The notes under the pieces: model-generated
What the model was told of the DNA's origin: nothing
Database searches by the model: none
The model's input: the letters and a program-made list of their open reading frames with translations, nothing else
Translations under genes and position numbers: made by a program
In this document: in pieces, positions 39,361 to 47,387 of the stretch
Layout of the letters: each line of letters opens with the position of its first letter
Position numbering within the stretch: position 1 is the first letter of the stretch
Assembly (NCBI GenBank): GCA_022709755.1
Contig: JAKLIF010000003.1
Span: forward strand, 157,171 to 221,170
Source of the DNA: Elusimicrobiota bacterium
Lineage (GTDB): Bacteria > Elusimicrobiota > Elusimicrobia > FEN-1173 > JAKLIF01
Direction of reading: 5' to 3'
DNA length: 64,000 nt

Positions 39361-39415
39361 GTCGGAGGGCTTTCGACCCGACCCCGTTTTTTTCGGGGAG
39401 GGCTGATCCGGAAGG

Positions 39416-40273
39416 ATGAGAAGACTTCTTCTGTTGTTCGTGATGATCGGTGTGGCCGCCTGCGGGGGGCGGAAGATCGTCAAAGGGACCGGCGACCCGT
39501 TGTGGGGGCTCCGGGTCCGGTGGCACGGCCACTCGTGTTTTTCTTTCGAGGACAGCGTCGGACGGACGGTCTTGATAGACCCGTTCGACGAGACGGTCGG
39601 TTATGTGCGGCCGTCGGCCAAGCCGGACGCGGTCTTGATCACCCACGATCATTTCGACCATGCCGATCCCCGTTGGACGTACGTGCCCCGTCCTTCGCCG
39701 TTGATGGGGTCCCGGGAAAAACCGGATGAAGACCCGGTGAAGATGGAAAAGGGGAAAGGCCGTGACCGGAAACAGGTCCGGATGTTGCCGGAAGGCGTTT
39801 TTTGTTCAACCGGGACGTTCGCGGCGGCGGACGGGATCGAAGTCAGGTCCATGAGAGCGTTCCATGATCCGGTCAACGGCCGCCGTCACGGGACGACCCA
39901 GATGTATGTCTGGTCCATGGGGGGGCTGACGCTGGCCCACATGGGCGATATCGGGCAGGACCGATTGACGCCGGAACAGATCGAATTTTTAAAGGGAGCC
40001 GACGTTCTGATGATTCCCGTCGGCGGCGGCCCGACCATCGATGCCGTCCGCGCGGCCGAGTTTGTCCGGTTGATCAATCCGCGTATCGTCATCCCGATGC
40101 ACTACGGGAATCCACTGGTGCGGTTCGCCGAATTGGATTCCTTGGAATCGTTTTTAAAGCAGTTCGAGAGGATCGATCCGTGGACGGAATCACAACGGCA
40201 GATCCAGGCGGATCAGGTCCCCGCAGGCCCGACGGTGATGGTGCCGGCCCTGCCGTCAAGGAGAAACCATTGA
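39416..40273 (+). CDS. MBL-fold metallo-hydrolase lipoprotein.
   Basis: Lipobox IGVAAC. HGHSCF...LIDPF...ITHDHFDHAD metal-binding motifs. Confidence 0.75.
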   Translation: MRRLLLLFVMIGVAACGGRKIVKGTGDPLWGLRVRWHGHSCFSFEDSVGRTVLIDPFDETVGYVRPSAKPDAVLITHDHFDHADPRWTYVPRPSPLMGSREKPDEDPVKMEKGKGRDRKQVRMLPEGVFCSTGTFAAADGIEVRSMRAFHDPVNGRRHGTTQMYVWSMGGLTLAHMGDIGQDRLTPEQIEFLKGADVLMIPVGGGPTIDAVRAAEFVRLINPRIVIPMHYGNPLVRFAELDSLESFLKQFERIDPWTESQRQIQADQVPAGPTVMVPALPSRRNH

Positions 40274-40298
40274 AATCCCAAGGGGTGAGGCGTCGGGA

Positions 40299-41597
40299 AT
40301 GAGCGTTCATCGCCGGTCGGATCAATTGTTCCGGAAATCCTCGAGGTTTTTCGTCGGGGGAGTCAATTCGCCCGTCCGTGCTTTCAAGGCGGTGGGGGGA
40401 ACGCCTCTCTTCATCAGAAGGGGACGGGGCCCCTTCGTGTGGGACGCCGACGGCCGTCAATATCTGGATTATCTGGGTTCATGGGGACCGCTCATCCTGG
40501 GACATTCGCCGGAATCCGTCGGTCGGGCCGTGCGAAGGGCCGTTCGGGCCGGAAGTTCTTTCGGCGCGCCGACGGAGTGGGAGGTCGGCTTGGCTGAATT
40601 GGTCCAAGATGCTTTCCCGGGGATGGAACGGATGCGTTTCGTGAGTTCCGGCACGGAGGCCTGCATGAGCGCCATCCGTCTGGCGCGCGGTTGCACGGGA
40701 CGGCGGATCGTGGTGAAGTTCGCCGGTTGTTATCATGGTCATTCCGACGGATTATTGGTGGCCGCCGGGAGCGGCGCCACCACGTTCGGCAGACCCACAT
40801 CGGCCGGGGTGCTGAGGGAGATCGCCCGGTGGACGGTGGTCCTGCCTTATAACGATGGGGCGGCAGTCGACAGGTTTTTCAGAAAGTCGGGGCGTGACGT
40901 GGCGGCGGTGATCGTGGAGCCCGTGGCCGGGAACATGGGTGTGGTCGCGCCGGACCTCGAATTTTTAGGGACTCTCCGTCGGCTGACAGCGGGGAACGGA
41001 TCCGTCCTGATCTTCGATGAGGTCATCACCGGATTCCGCCTGTGCTGGGGGGGAGCGCAGCATTTGTATAATATAAAGCCCGATCTGACATGTCTCGGCA
41101 AGATCGTCGGGGGAGGTCTCCCCGTGGGGGTTTTCGGCGGACGACGGACTCTGATGGACCGGTTGGCGCCGATGGGTCCGGTGTATCAGGCGGGTACGTT
41201 GTCCGGGAATCCGGCGGCCATGGCGGCCGGTATCGCGGTTTTGGGTAAACTGAGGAGTCTTTCCCCCTACCGTTCATTGCAGGAGAAGACGGCTCTCCTG
41301 GTCGGCGGAATCAAGGATTCCGCGGCGCGGGCGGGCGTTCCCGTCCGGGTGAACTCGGTCGGTTCCATGCTGACGGTTTTTATGACCGACCGGCCGGTGT
41401 CGGACTATGAGACGGCGCTCCGGTCTGATACGCGGCGTTATGCATCTTTTTTCAACGGGCTCCTTGGACGGGGCGTCTATTTCCCGCCCGCCCAGTTCGA
41501 AGCGGCTTTCGTGTCGACGACCCATCGCCGTCACGATATCGAAAAGACGATCGATATAATCGATTTGGTGTTCAAAAAAATAAAAAGGAAAGGATGA
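40299..41597 (+). CDS. hemL: Glutamate-1-semialdehyde 2,1-aminomutase.
   Basis: FVGGVNSPVRAFKAVGGTPLFI...DYLGSWGPLILGH. PLP lysine region GKIVGGG. Confidence 0.92.
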   Translation: MSVHRRSDQLFRKSSRFFVGGVNSPVRAFKAVGGTPLFIRRGRGPFVWDADGRQYLDYLGSWGPLILGHSPESVGRAVRRAVRAGSSFGAPTEWEVGLAELVQDAFPGMERMRFVSSGTEACMSAIRLARGCTGRRIVVKFAGCYHGHSDGLLVAAGSGATTFGRPTSAGVLREIARWTVVLPYNDGAAVDRFFRKSGRDVAAVIVEPVAGNMGVVAPDLEFLGTLRRLTAGNGSVLIFDEVITGFRLCWGGAQHLYNIKPDLTCLGKIVGGGLPVGVFGGRRTLMDRLAPMGPVYQAGTLSGNPAAMAAGIAVLGKLRSLSPYRSLQEKTALLVGGIKDSAARAGVPVRVNSVGSMLTVFMTDRPVSDYETALRSDTRRYASFFNGLLGRGVYFPPAQFEAAFVSTTHRRHDIEKTIDIIDLVFKKIKRKG

Positions 41598-41604
41598 TAC
41601 TCGC

Positions 41605-42804
41605 ATGCCCCAGATACGACCGTTCCGCGCGTTCCGTTACTCCGATGGATTGAGGAAACAGCTCTCCCGGCTGGTGTGTCCTCCCTATGACATCATATCG
41701 GCCAAAGAGCAGAAGTCCTTGCTGAAGCGGCACGTCGGCAACATGGTTCATGTCGAATTGCCGCCGGGCCCCGGGCTCAAAAAATACGCGTATGCGGCCA
41801 AGGTGCTGAAGCGGTGGATTGCGTCGGGTATCTTTGTGCGGGAAAAGAATCCCGCGTTCTATTTTTATGAGGCCACGTTCGCCTCTCTGGGGAAACCGTC
41901 GAAAACGCTGGTCCGGCGAGGGTTCTACGCCGCGTTGAGGCAGGTCCCGTGGGGCCGGGGGGTCTATCCCCATGAGAAGACACTGCCCACAGCCAAGGCG
42001 GACCGTCTCCGGCTCTTCAAGGCCCTCCACGTTCAGACCAGTTCCGTTCAGTGCATGTTCCACGATCCGGCGGGGGCGGGACAGAAGATGATCGATTCCG
42101 TTTGCCGTCGACGGCCGGACTGGGATTTCAGTGACGACAAGCGCGTTCGTCATCGGGTATGGATCGTGACGGATCCGCGGGACATCCGCCGGATCACCCG
42201 GCTCATGGTCCGCCGGGACGCCGTCATCGCGGACGGACATCATCGCTATGAAACCATGCGCGTTTATGGCAAGGAGATGGGAGGACTCGCCGCGCGGCAT
42301 ACCATGACCTACTTTTCTTCGGCGGCGGATAAGGGTCTTGAGGTGATGGCCACTCATCGGGCGGTCGATCCGTCCAAAAAACAGTTTGTTCAACTGGAAC
42401 GCTGGGGACGGTTGATCCCGATCCGCGATTATCGCCAGTGGGTGAAATCCAAGTCGGCGGATCCTCGGGACGTGTGCGTCTTCCTGAAGGGGAAATCCTA
42501 TGTGTTCCGGTTCCGGCGGATCCCGTCGGGCTTGAAGGGGACTCCGGCCGCCCGTTTGGCCGTGGCCTGTCTTCACGCCGGTCCGCTGGACGGCCTCGGG
42601 AAAGAGGATTTTTTCTTCACGCGGGACGCCGTTGAGGCGGCCCGTTGGGCGACCCGGTGCGGGGGATGGGCCTTCTTCGTCAAACCTCTGAGCGTTCAGG
42701 ATATCGTGGATGTGGCGCGCGCCGGACAGGTGCTCCCGCCGAAATCGACGTATTTCTATCCGAAACTTCCGTCGGGTTTGGCACTCTATCCGCTGAAGGG
42801 ATGA
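41605..42804 (+). CDS. DUF1015-family conserved hypothetical protein.
   Basis: N-terminus MPQIRPFRAFRYS matches the characteristic DUF1015 start (M..I.PF.A.RY). Begins 7 nt after hemL. Confidence 0.7.
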   Translation: MPQIRPFRAFRYSDGLRKQLSRLVCPPYDIISAKEQKSLLKRHVGNMVHVELPPGPGLKKYAYAAKVLKRWIASGIFVREKNPAFYFYEATFASLGKPSKTLVRRGFYAALRQVPWGRGVYPHEKTLPTAKADRLRLFKALHVQTSSVQCMFHDPAGAGQKMIDSVCRRRPDWDFSDDKRVRHRVWIVTDPRDIRRITRLMVRRDAVIADGHHRYETMRVYGKEMGGLAARHTMTYFSSAADKGLEVMATHRAVDPSKKQFVQLERWGRLIPIRDYRQWVKSKSADPRDVCVFLKGKSYVFRFRRIPSGLKGTPAARLAVACLHAGPLDGLGKEDFFFTRDAVEAARWATRCGGWAFFVKPLSVQDIVDVARAGQVLPPKSTYFYPKLPSGLALYPLKG

Positions 42805-42808
42805 GTCT

Positions 42809-43018
42809 TTGAAGAATATATTCCAAAGAAGACCTAAACCGCCTTCTCTCTACCGCGACCTGCTCGCGGCTCAGTCCGGCAACAAGGCCGCCAAGATCCT
42901 GATGTACGTCATCTTGGCCATGATCGTGCTTGGTTTCGTCGTCATCCAGGTGATTCCGGAGTTCAACGGGGAGCGGATCGTCTTCTCGAATAGGAGTTAT
43001 TTTCCTTCCGTATGGTGA
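42809..43018 (+). CDS. Small (69 aa) single-TM membrane protein, hypothetical.
   Basis: KILMYVILAMIVLGFVVIQVI hydrophobic helix. Positioned between DUF1015 and comEC, with its stop overlapping the comEC start. Confidence 0.3.
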   Translation: MKNIFQRRPKPPSLYRDLLAAQSGNKAAKILMYVILAMIVLGFVVIQVIPEFNGERIVFSNRSYFPSVW

Positions 43019-45996
43019 CCTTCAAGTTTAAAACCCCGGCGCGGGTGCTGAACAACCGCGCTCAGATGTTCTGCTACAGTTTCGTGGTGGGAGTCGCCCT
43101 CACGGTTCTGTTCTTTCCCGAGTTCAGGACGGGTCGCGTGTTGCCTCTCTCTTTGATGGGAACCCTGTTTTTCGGCCTTGCGTTCTTCTATAAAAGGTTG
43201 ATCCTCCTCTTCCTGGGTTTGTCCGCCATCTGTTTTGGGAGCGCCAATTTCTATCGAGTTACCGACACCACGGCTCCCTCCCATATCTCCAACTATTACA
43301 GTGCTTCTTTTTTTGAACCCGCCATCGTGCGTGGAACCATCATCCATGACACAGACGTGAGGGAACGCTTCACCAATATCGATATAAAGCCCGAGGAGGT
43401 CATCATCAATCCTGAGAAGGATAAGACGGTGGTCGTCTTGAAGGGAAAGACGGGCTATATGCGGGTCAAAATCTATCCGACCGTCGGGAAATATTACGAA
43501 TCCATCACATATGGGGATCGCGTGGAGATCCATACACCCATCATGCCTCCGCGTGCGCTCAGCAATCCCGCAGGATTCGATTTCGCCAGATATCTGAAAG
43601 CGCGGAACATCTGGGCGACGGGGCGTCCCATCCGTTCCCCCGAACTGATCAAGTTCCTCGGGAAGGGATCCACGAGTTGGATCGTTGACTTTTCTTTGAA
43701 CGTGAAGATGCGTTTGTTGGCCTCTCTGAAGCGCACCATGACCTTTCCTGAATCAGCATTTTTGGGTGGGGTCGAGTTGGGGCTGCGCAGCGGAGTGCCG
43801 GAGAGCGTGAAATATCAGTTTCAGGCCACCGGCGTGGCGCACGTGCTGGCGGTGAGCGGATTGCACGTGGGGTTCGTGCACTTGTTGTTGGTCACCTTTT
43901 GTTCGGCGTTTCGTGTCCCCAAAAAGGCGACGTGGTTCGTGGTCGTGTTCGGATTGATTGTTTTTACCATCATCACCGGGGCTTCCCCGGCGACTAAACG
44001 CGCGGCGTTGATGTCGTCCATCGGACAATTCATATACACCTTCGGTGGATTCGGATTCAGGGGGTCGTCCGCCCTCACCATCCCCATCGCCGCGTTCATC
44101 CTCCTCATCCCCGATCCGCTCGTCATATCCGAGGCCAGTTTCATCCTTTCCTTCGCGGCCGTTTGGAGCTTGGTGTCGTTGTCCGACTCGGTCAACGATA
44201 TCTTCGTGAGGAACGAGTTTACGCGCGGGTTCATATTTTTTCCAGCGTTCTTCGTTCTGGTCTTGTTTACCATACTTTCCTTTGTGAGTATCGCCACCGA
44301 GATCCGCCTGGTGCGGGAGATACTGCCCTTTTTCGCTTCGGAGCATTTCCTCATGAAGAATTATTTGCCCGATTGGCGGATCATGACGTTGCTTCTCTAT
44401 CTGACGGGGGTAGGGATATTTTTCGGGTTCAAAAAGCGGACCGGCCAGGACCTGATCTACGAGATCTACTATGGTCGATTCGGTTGGTGGAAGGGATTCT
44501 GCATCTTCACGGTCGCTCAATTGGCCATCCAGATCGGGATGATGATCCCGTTGTCCAGTTATTATTTCTATCGCTTCCCGATTGCCGGTATCTACGCGAA
44601 TTTCTTCGCCATCCCCTTGATCGGATACATCGTACAGGTGTCGCTGATCTCCGGGCTCCTGGACATGTTCTGTTCGGGGATCGGTCTCCCGTTTTTCGGT
44701 CAACAGCTGGCGTTCCTCATCAATGCGGGGAACTGGCCGTTGGCTCAAATGTTCCTCGGAATGGCCAAGTCGTGGTCGGGTTATATCCCTTATGGGTATA
44801 TGACCAGTTTTACGACCAGTCAGATGACGTGGTATTACGTCGGGGTTTTCCTGTTCGGATTCTGGAAGTTTTTCTCGAAGTGGGGTAAGGTCGTTTATGG
44901 TTATGTGGTGGAGAGGAAAGCTCTGAGATGGTCGGCCGTCTTTTTGGGCGCGGGACTGCTGACGGTTGCTTCATATCAGAAGATCGCTCAACGGAAGGAG
45001 ATGAAGATCGTCTTCTTCGATGTGGGATATGGGAATTCTCTCTTGCTCCAATCTCCCGGGGGAAAGGCGTTCCTGATCGACGGGGGGCGGAAGGAGTTCT
45101 TTGATTTTTCGAGCACGACCCTGATCCCCACGCTCTCGAAGGCCAAGATCAGCCGGATCGAGGCCGTGGTGGTGACGGCGCCGCTGGAGGTGTGCATGGG
45201 GGGGTTGTTGGGGATTCTGAGCGATTATCCCGTCGACAAGGTCTATTCCAGCCTCGACGAAAAGGTGTTTACGTCGGATTTGACCTATCATGAGTTTCTG
45301 GAGAAGATGGAGGACCCCCAATATGTTCGGATGCCCATTTCCCGGAAGACACAGGCCTCCTATCTCCTCTACTATGATTTCCTGAGGATATTGAAACGGA
45401 ATAAATTGGATTATCACCGGCCCGTGTCGGGCGATGTCCTTTGTGAAGAGATCCATGGGGATAAAAAATTCCAGATCAGAGTCCTGTCGCCGACGCCCGG
45501 TTCCCAGACCGGTCTGGACGACCCGCTGAGGAATAATTCGATCGTCCTGAAAGTCACCTATGGAAAGACATCGGTCCTGCTGGCCCAGCAACTCGGCATG
45601 GCGGGGGAATGGCGACTGATCGACCGATGGGGTGACGAATTGAAATCCGATGTATTGCTCGTTCCCTCGAACGGGAACCCACAGGCGTCCACCGATGAAT
45701 TCCTGTCGGTGGTCGCGCCCAAGGACACGGTTGTCCAATACGGATTCCTTTCGAAATACAGCCGTGATTCCGAATTCTTCTATGGTCCCGTCATGAATCA
45801 GACCTTGAAACGTTATGAATCTCGGGGAATCCGCTGGTTTCGGACGGACATGATGGGAGCCGTCACGCTTCATTCCGACGGAGAGACGTATCGGATGGAG
45901 ACGATATTGGGTGAAAACAGGACCTTGGAAGAGGAAAAAAGGGGTGCGGACCGAATGCCGGCTTCCGAGAATGAGTCCATCCTGGTGGCCTTATGA
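43012..45996 (+). CDS. comEC: ComEC/Rec2 DNA-uptake channel protein (DUF4131 + competence domain + C-terminal MBL domain). The C-terminal MBL domain appears catalytically degenerate.
   Basis: Competence-domain signature QATGVAHVLAVSGLHVGFV. In the C-terminal MBL domain the canonical metal-binding motifs are replaced: GQGD becomes GYGN, THPHxDHxGG becomes VTAPLEVCMGG, and HHGS becomes PSNGN. Confidence 0.88.
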   Translation: MVTFKFKTPARVLNNRAQMFCYSFVVGVALTVLFFPEFRTGRVLPLSLMGTLFFGLAFFYKRLILLFLGLSAICFGSANFYRVTDTTAPSHISNYYSASFFEPAIVRGTIIHDTDVRERFTNIDIKPEEVIINPEKDKTVVVLKGKTGYMRVKIYPTVGKYYESITYGDRVEIHTPIMPPRALSNPAGFDFARYLKARNIWATGRPIRSPELIKFLGKGSTSWIVDFSLNVKMRLLASLKRTMTFPESAFLGGVELGLRSGVPESVKYQFQATGVAHVLAVSGLHVGFVHLLLVTFCSAFRVPKKATWFVVVFGLIVFTIITGASPATKRAALMSSIGQFIYTFGGFGFRGSSALTIPIAAFILLIPDPLVISEASFILSFAAVWSLVSLSDSVNDIFVRNEFTRGFIFFPAFFVLVLFTILSFVSIATEIRLVREILPFFASEHFLMKNYLPDWRIMTLLLYLTGVGIFFGFKKRTGQDLIYEIYYGRFGWWKGFCIFTVAQLAIQIGMMIPLSSYYFYRFPIAGIYANFFAIPLIGYIVQVSLISGLLDMFCSGIGLPFFGQQLAFLINAGNWPLAQMFLGMAKSWSGYIPYGYMTSFTTSQMTWYYVGVFLFGFWKFFSKWGKVVYGYVVERKALRWSAVFLGAGLLTVASYQKIAQRKEMKIVFFDVGYGNSLLLQSPGGKAFLIDGGRKEFFDFSSTTLIPTLSKAKISRIEAVVVTAPLEVCMGGLLGILSDYPVDKVYSSLDEKVFTSDLTYHEFLEKMEDPQYVRMPISRKTQASYLLYYDFLRILKRNKLDYHRPVSGDVLCEEIHGDKKFQIRVLSPTPGSQTGLDDPLRNNSIVLKVTYGKTSVLLAQQLGMAGEWRLIDRWGDELKSDVLLVPSNGNPQASTDEFLSVVAPKDTVVQYGFLSKYSRDSEFFYGPVMNQTLKRYESRGIRWFRTDMMGAVTLHSDGETYRMETILGENRTLEEEKRGADRMPASENESILVAL

Positions 45997-47387
45997 CCGG
46001 GCCCGTCAGCAATCGGGTGAGAAAAAATCTAAAGAGGGCCGCCTTTTTGGCTCTTTGGGCGGTCTCTGTCCCCGTGTGGAGTTCCGGCCCCCTGAAGGTG
46101 TATTTCCTGGATGTGGGGCAGGGCGACGCGACGCTTATCGTGACGCCGGAGCGTAAATGCATCTTGATCGACGGGGGAAACTATCGGGGCGGGTTGACCG
46201 AGGACCCCTACGGTCCCATGAGGATGTCCGACGTCGACGCCGCGTATGACGTCATCCTTCCCTTGATGAGAAAGGAAGGCCTCACCCGGATCGACGCCGC
46301 TATCTTGACTCATCCCCACATGGACCACTACGGTGGGTTCCAAAACTTGTTCGGTCGCGTTTCAATCGGACGTTTCTATGATGTCGGGTTTCAATTCGCC
46401 GCGGAGCCCTATCTGAATCTGTTGAAAGGCCTGTCCGCGTGGAATGTCCCCTATACGATTCCCTCCATTCCGGCCGATATACCGGTGGAACCGGGATTGT
46501 CGCTGCGCATTCTTCGGCCGTCTCAACTCTATTCGACCACATACTCGGATATCAATAACTCATCCATGATGATCAAATTGACGTATAAGGATGTCTCATT
46601 CCTGTTTCCGGGTGATGTCGAGGTGACGGCGGAGTTGGATGCGTTGGAACTGAAGGATCAGCTGAAGTCCACGGTCTTGAAGGTCGCCCATCACGGGTCG
46701 AGGACGTCGACCTCATCGGCATTTTTGGACCGGGTGTCTCCGCAATTCGCCGTGATCTCCTGTGGCCGTGGAAATTCGTTCGGATTGCCGCATCCCGAGA
46801 CGATGGCCAAATTGGACGACCGCCCGCTTATGTATTACCGGACCGATGTGGATGGGAACATCTTGATGGAGACGGAGGGAGAGAAGGTCAAGGTGGTGAC
46901 TTTGCTGGACGTGGGGCCGACCGTCGTGTCTCCCCGATCGAAGAAAAACACGGCCACAGCCGCCTTGCCGTTGGAATATGCCAAAAGACAGGCGACTGTG
47001 GCCTCGGTGCCGAAGATGTTCGCCCCGTCCAAGCCCGTTCAAGTAGATTTGACGGGCGACGATTCGGATGGAGGAGGGGTTTCTCTGTCGGATTCGTACA
47101 GGCCGTCACCGTCTTATTATCGGAAAACCAAAAAGCGACCTCCCAGCGGACCCCAGGAAGAAGTTCAGGTGGATTTGGGAGAGGGAAACGAGACATCGCC
47201 GAGTTCATCGGTTCCCAAGCCCCCGAAGGACTATTCTCCCTATAAGCCCCGCCGGAAATCAAAAACATCGACACCGTCCGAACCGGTGGAGGTGGATCTG
47301 GGATCCGATGATGAGACAACCCCCGCTCCCGCCCCCCGGAAAGAGACGCCGACCGCGGGGGAATCTTTCGAGGTGCCACTCCAATGA
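45993..47387 (+). CDS. Secreted ComEC-C-terminal-like MBL-fold hydrolase (COG2333-like) with a C-terminal Pro/Ser/Lys-rich tail carrying three (P/E)V(Q/E)VDL(G/T) repeats.
   Basis: Signal peptide KRAAFLALWAVSVPVWSSGP. Intact motifs VYFLDVGQGDATLI, ILTHPHMDHYGG and VAHHGSRTS. Start overlaps the comEC stop. Confidence 0.8.
   Translation: MTGPVSNRVRKNLKRAAFLALWAVSVPVWSSGPLKVYFLDVGQGDATLIVTPERKCILIDGGNYRGGLTEDPYGPMRMSDVDAAYDVILPLMRKEGLTRIDAAILTHPHMDHYGGFQNLFGRVSIGRFYDVGFQFAAEPYLNLLKGLSAWNVPYTIPSIPADIPVEPGLSLRILRPSQLYSTTYSDINNSSMMIKLTYKDVSFLFPGDVEVTAELDALELKDQLKSTVLKVAHHGSRTSTSSAFLDRVSPQFAVISCGRGNSFGLPHPETMAKLDDRPLMYYRTDVDGNILMETEGEKVKVVTLLDVGPTVVSPRSKKNTATAALPLEYAKRQATVASVPKMFAPSKPVQVDLTGDDSDGGGVSLSDSYRPSPSYYRKTKKRPPSGPQEEVQVDLGEGNETSPSSSVPKPPKDYSPYKPRRKSKTSTPSEPVEVDLGSDDETTPAPAPRKETPTAGESFEVPLQ

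Noticed and set aside
39361-39400. Hairpin CCCCG-TTTTTTT-CGGGG in the hemB-MBL intergenic region.
   Set aside because: The T-run forms the loop and does not follow the stem, so it is not a canonical intrinsic terminator. It may be a minor attenuator or an RNA-processing site, but I cannot support that.
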